NCBI RefSeq assembly: GCF_009914755.1
Contig: NC_060937.1
From: the human T2T-CHM13v2.0 reference genome, Homo sapiens
Strand: one strand, 5' to 3'
Length of the DNA stretch: 64,000 bases
The translations under genes and the position numbers were made by a program. Shown here one piece after another: positions 57,801 through 64,000 of the stretch. Under the pieces are notes generated by a model. The model saw nothing but the letters and a program-made list of their open reading frames with translations. It did not search any database and was not told the DNA's origin. Numbering within the stretch: position 1 is the stretch's first letter; each line of letters opens with the position of its first letter.

Positions 57801-59399
57801 GGTGGCTGGGCGGGGAATGGGGCTGTGGGCGGGAGGGGGTGACTTGGGGCGGAGCTGACTCCTACCAGGGTGACCGGCTGTCACCTGGAAGGTCGGGGCT
57901 GCAGGGCTGCGGCGCGGTCAGTCCTCAGGAAAGGCCTCCGGCAACTACTCCAGTGGAAAATAACAAAAACAAAACGTGGCCTCGCGGGGGCCGCTCCTCC
58001 TCCCGCCGCAGCTGCAGCCCAGCTCGCTGCTCCTCCTCCTGCCGTTCCCGTCCCTCCCTCGCTCCTTCCTTCCTTCCTTCCAGGCTGCTTCTTTAATCGG
58101 GCTGCTACTCCGCCTCCCGTCCGGCGGGCGGAGAGCGTCGCCTGCAAAAGCTTATCCGTGAAGCCGCCTCTCCGCCTCTTCGCCTCTTCCTTCGACCCCC
58201 GCCCTTGGGGCTGCAGCTCAGAGCCTGGCGCGGGCACTGCCCGGACCCACTTGGCCTCTCTTGAGTCGCCGCGATCTCCGTCTCCTCCCGGGCGTCTCTG
58301 CTGCCCCCTAGAGAGGGGGCCACTCGCAGTGGAGAACTGGGATTTTTTTTAAACAGTATTTGCTTGGTTTCAGTTCCTTCTAAAGCCTACACATTAATTT
58401 CTGAATTATCTTTCCTAATAATCTCAAAAAACGCTCGTGTTTTCAATCACAATATTATAAATTCCAGTTCCAAATTTCACTTTAAAACATAATATCGACA
58501 GCTTGAATCTTCCTAGTTATTAAAGCAGCCAACTTCTCAAAATATGGAAAAGTTATGTTTTATTTATGTTATATCCCCAGTTGAGAGCTAATGTAGAGAT
58601 TTCTTGTTCTTTTATATATATGTGGTAATACATATTTCCAAAGAACTAAAAAAAAGTTTGGAATAATTTGATCATTGTAATTTTAAGACAGGTAGACAAG
58701 TATTCTCCCTTTTTACTCATACCGAATGATAATTAAGAATTGGGTAAGAAGTAAAGACAAAATAAATAAGAAAGACACAGAAGTTCCTGACTTTCTCCTA
58801 AGTGCTTACAAGAAGAATGAAAACTCGGGTTTCTTGGTTTTTAGTTTAATGAGTTCTCACTTTTTATAAAGCCCTGGAACCACTTTTTCCCTTCTATTTA
58901 TTTAAGATCAATATAACCAACTGCCATTGTTCTTATGCTGAATTTCTGGTTGCACTCTGATGGCTCTCTTATTAATAGGTATCTAAGTTCCAAGATGGAG
59001 ACATTACTAATTGATTAGGTTAAGTCATTTGGTTGAACCACTTAAAAAACCTTTGTTCAAAAAGACCCATGTCTTCAAAGAAGCAATGAAAAGTTCTTGG
59101 AAGGTAGACTGAGACCTTCTAGAACCTTCCCAGAAACTCTGTTACACAGATCCCATTTCCTTAGGCTACATATCTGAGACATAAAAGAAAGGAACAAAGA
59201 TATGGAGAAAGCATGGAAGTCTTGTAGACTCTACCAAATCAACCAGCTTGGGAGCTAGGATTGAATTAATAGCTCCAGCAGGCCAGTTACTACTGGCATA
59301 ATAAAGTGAAGTAACAAAGAACACCCTTTCACTGATTGACAGAAAAACAGAATTGTCTTTTATTACATGACATGCTAAGTATGATTGCTTTCTGCTTGA

Positions 59400-59721
<322 letters not shown>

Positions 59722-59789
59722 CTGTTAGGTTTATCTTACTGAATGCTACTGAGCATTTTTACTGTCTGATCCTCTCTGAATCCTCACAC

Positions 59790-60155
59790 ATGGGCAGATA
59801 GTCCTTTCCTGCCCTCCTTGAAGTTAGCCACAATCATATGACTTGTTTTTACAGTGAAATGTGAACAGAAGTGACTTGGGTAGAAGCATTTAATTGCCAG
59901 TAGTCAAGGCTCCTGCCCACTCTTCTCTCCAGTGGCCATCATGGAGACATGTCCAGGTAGAGGCGCCTTGTAACCAAAGCAGCCCCTTGTAACCAAAGCA
60001 GCCCCAAAGGCTGAGCCAACACACATCAGACATCTGTCCTGGAGAATCTCCCAGGCCTACAGCAGACTCCTCAGGAGTAAGAAATAAACTTTTGTTCCAC
60101 TAAGCCACTGAGATTGTAGATTGTTTTCTACTGTGTTATTAATCTCTCTTATCCT
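59790..60155 (+). mobile_element. MLT1-family MaLR LTR
   Basis: gaaatgtgaacagaagtga...agaaataaacttttgttccactaagccactgagatt. Confidence 0.7.
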
Positions 60156-60371
60156 GCAAATAAAATTGTTATACTCTAGCATTAATATGTTTTATACAAA
60201 TTGTTTTATAATCATTCATACATCTATTTTACTTAGTACACACATGAACTAGATGGTAAGCTATTAGTTTCTTACCACCATTGTATCACTTGCAGAGCTT
60301 TACAAAATTACATGCGCATGAAAAGTTCCCAGTTATATATTTGATCACTTAAATTTAGAAAACAGTAAGAG

Positions 60372-60678
60372 GGCCAGGGTTGGTGGCTCCACATCTGTAA
60401 TTACAGCACTTTGGGAGGCCTAGGCAGGCAGATCACTTGAAGTCAGTAGTTAGAGACCAGCCTGGCCAACATGGTGAAATCCCATCTCTACTAAAAATAC
60501 AAAAAAGTAGCCAGGCGTGGTGGCGGGTGCCTGTAGTTCCAGCTACTCAGGAGGTCCAGGCAGGAGAATCACTTAAACCCAGGAGGCGGAGGTTGCAGTG
60601 AGCCAAGATAGCGTCACTGTACTCCAGCCTGGGAAACAGAGCCAGATTCCATCGAGGGGGAGAGAGAGAGAGAGATAG
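60372..60678 (+). mobile_element. AluS with (GA)n tail
   Basis: Full dimer. Confidence 0.9.
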
Positions 60679-63572
60679 ACTTCCTAAAGCGCAACGCTCT
60701 ACTCTTTCTGCCTATTTTATTTTTGCTCCTCATTCCCCTACTCTCACTTCCACACAGTCTCCCTGTTCCCTTAGTACATGTTCATGTTTTTATGGGGCTT
60801 CACCAGCTCCTTCCTCTCCCCAACTGCCTTTTCTTCCCACTGCCCCACAACTTGCATTTCCTCATCCTTCACTATTTCAAGACCCATTCTTCAAGACCCA
60901 ACTCAAGAGTCATCTCTTCTGTGAAGATCTTTCTTTCTTTGCCAGCCAGAGCTAATGGCCTTCTCTCCTTTGCCCCCTTTTCTATGCATTTCACTATTAT
61001 AACTCTTATCATTCTTTAGAATTTTGGGGTGATTTGTCTGCATTCCCACCACAACAAAAGCATCTTGAGAGAAGGGATTATTTTTCCCCCACATGTGAGT
61101 CAGTAGTTCCTCTGAAGGGATTATTTGTTTATCTCATACTTTCCTCCAGTAAAAACCACAGTAGCTGACACTAGGTAGGTGATAAATACTGAATGAATGA
61201 GTGGAGTTGAATAAATAGCAGATTAGAATTTAAGAAGCTAAAGAGGGATGTTTTGATATCATAGAGGAGATATGCCAAATGATTTAATTAGCTAATTTCA
61301 GGTTAACCTACTAAATATATCCATCAACTAATTATAAAGTACTAAAAAATAGTAGAACGCCTCCCAAAAATTGTAGTGGAGTTCTAGCTGGGGATGACAC
61401 ACAGAACCCAAGCATTTGTGATTAACAGAATGTCAAGATATTCACAGGGTTTTTCCTCATTGTTCCCTGTGACCTTCCTTCAGCCCAGGCAGCCAGGGCA
61501 TTCCATCTTCCCACTTCAGGGAAAGGATGACACAGCATAACACAGAGAACAAAAGAGTTCATTCTTAGCTTTCAGGTGAAAAAAACCCAAGGACCTGGCA
61601 AGGCAGGCAAAAGATTTAAAATATATTATATGCTCCAAGAGTCAGTTTCTCTTGCTCTAGACACTAAAGAAAATTTCCCCAAACTTGGGAGATAGAGGAG
61701 AAGAATGGGAATAAGAGGGTTTAGGTCTTGTGGATCTCCAGGGAGGGGACCTAGGCTCTGTCTCTTCTGGTTAAGTCAGTGGAGGGGGGCATAGTTCTCC
61801 AGAGCAGAAGCTGTGCTGCTCTTTCCCAAGGGTAGCCCAGGAAACCTGCAAGACCTCAGTGTTTCTCCCATGCCCATCATAGAGAGGAAGCAGAAGAAGG
61901 GGAGAGGGCATCTAGGCAGCAGACCTTAAACAGCCTCTGGAAATGCCCTGCATGCAAAGGGAGCACTGGATATATCCTCATGTAGCCAAGGAAAAGCACA
62001 GAGACAAACCAGAGTCAGTGAACTGAAAAGCCCTTGTGGTCAGGACAAGGAGGACAAGGCAGTGACCATGTTCGCTGATGCACTGGCTACACCTACCAGG
62101 ACATACAGCAAAGGCTCAGACTGACAGCCCTACAGGAGGTCTAGAAATCATCTCATCCAGCCTACTAGCCTAAAGCTAGAAGACAGAAACCTCCAAAAGG
62201 AAATTCTACCCACCCCCCACCCCACCAAAAAAAAAAGGTGGTTTTGGGCAGAGACAAAAGATGGCATAGAATACAGAGTATAATTAAATTCCTAGCTACT
62301 ATGAATGATTGGTTTGATTCAGAAGGGCTTTGCATCAGCCCACAGACCAAATACAGGAAAATACTAGATACATTTTTTAAAAGAACTTAAGCAACTATGA
62401 AAACTAGAAGGAAACATTTCTAGATGCCAGAAATGAAGAGTTAGGCAAAAACCACAATGGTCAGTGGCAGCGGAAGCCAACAGCTTCTGAGGCTATCAGA
62501 TCTAGAAATACAGGTGGGTAGCTGGGACCATATTTTCACAGTCATGCAAGATTATAGATGAGTCTAATAGAAGTTAGGACCTGGAACTGAGCTCCCTGAT
62601 TAGAGACAAAAGCTGCTGACTGGCAAGCTGTCTCATCTATAAAACAGAGTGGAAAACGTTCATCAGCCATTATGGGAAAGCAGTGAAGAGTCTGGCAGAG
62701 CCCAAATTAACTTTATGTGCATCATGGGAGAAACTGAAGTTAAGAAAATAATAAAAACAGCTTTGAACTAGTGAAAATGGAAAATCTCCCTGGGGATCAT
62801 GAACCAGTCTCCAGAGGACCCAGTCCTTCTTCATATCTGAGTTATGTGTTCCTCTCTGTTGGCCCCATTTTTAGTTAATAAAATAGGCTGGACTAGAAAG
62901 GTTGATCTCGGTTCAAATATTGGCAAGGATGTTAACTGGGAATTTATTGACATTGTTTTCCCTTTGACCACTAAGCCAGCAAAGAAACCCTGCAAGGTCA
63001 GTATTACACACATCAGTGTCTCTCAAATTGGATGTTCTTAGTAGCCTGTCTGTAGTGAGGAATCAGACAGGTCAGAGATTCTCGGAATCTTAAGGGACCA
63101 TTCTATTACCATTAGAAGAAATTCTTACTGCTCCACAATTAGAGACAAGCACATTCTAATTTTTATGTGTGTCTTAAAAGGTATCCATCAGGATTGGCCA
63201 TAAACCTACCACAATCAGGCTCTTTCCTCTCTCCTTGAGGTTGCAAAAGCTTATACAAGCTCCAAATTAATGTTCTTACAGCTCCACTCACAGCAGAAAA
63301 GTGAACACTTCCATCCTGATTGCCCAGGAAAAAGTTTCACTTTAGTTTTGAATGGGTTTGGTTGGCTCAGCTTAATTAAATGTCCTTTCCTGGAGAAATC
63401 ATGGTACCAAGAATATTCACTATTCTGGTTGGCCAAGCCTGGGTTTTATGGCCACCTATGGAGATAGCTTCAGGGTAAGTTCTAACTATGTTCAATAAAA
63501 AGAAAATTCCTTATGTGTTTTATATTATTCAGTAGAGCAAAACATGCTGATTCTGTAGAAGTAGAGAGTAGA

Positions 63573-63944
<372 letters not shown>

Positions 63945-64000
63945 TTAGTGAGATAGGAGAAATAAATTCAAGAAATCTATTGTACAATATATTGATTATA

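Larger units (their letters stand above)
56350..58330. promoter_or_regulatory. CpG island and promoter of TBC1D4, with GC boxes
   Basis: Abrupt rise in GC and CpG content against AT-rich flanks. GC-box-like motifs gggcgg and ggggcggagc at about 57808-57856. Spans exon 1. Confidence 0.92.

Noticed and set aside
56244-58352. Many overlapping long ORFs on both strands (e.g. 57356-58096, 246 aa; 56762-57331, 189 aa)
   Set aside because: Stop codons are scarce in a CpG island. The products are low-complexity R/P/A/G sequences with no recognisable domain. Only the TBC1D4 frame is supported.
61400-63100. Purine-rich upstream stretch resembling ancient LTR or L1 5' remnants
   Set aside because: Too degenerate to assign a family by eye.

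Overview
This is primate, most likely human, genomic DNA from the 5' end of TBC1D4 (AS160, a Rab-GAP). The gene runs on the minus strand. Its CpG-island promoter, 5' UTR and coding exon 1 (Met1-Gln166, part of the first PTB domain) lie at about 56.9-57.8 kb. Positions 1-56899 are intron 1 and about 58.3-64 kb is upstream sequence. Most of the rest is interspersed repeat: about 30 Alus, old L1s, solo LTRs, hAT/Tigger DNA elements and MIR/L2 remnants. Nearly all entries in the ORF track are repeat-derived or GC-rich artefacts. I found no rRNA, tRNA or CRISPR array and no clearly new gene system. Three things stand out. (i) Exon 1 appears to end at a non-canonical GC donor, followed by G-runs and a UG repeat, with two tiny uORFs upstream. 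(ii) Intron 1 carries several template-switch or rearrangement scars: a 227-bp local copy inside an Alu, a 169-bp inverted duplication, a micro-inverted Alu and a collapsed head-to-head Alu. (iii) A block at about 21.5-28.6 kb seems to have reversed strand composition and carries exon-like segments on the + strand. Repeat subfamily calls come from remembered consensus sequences, and their boundaries are approximate.
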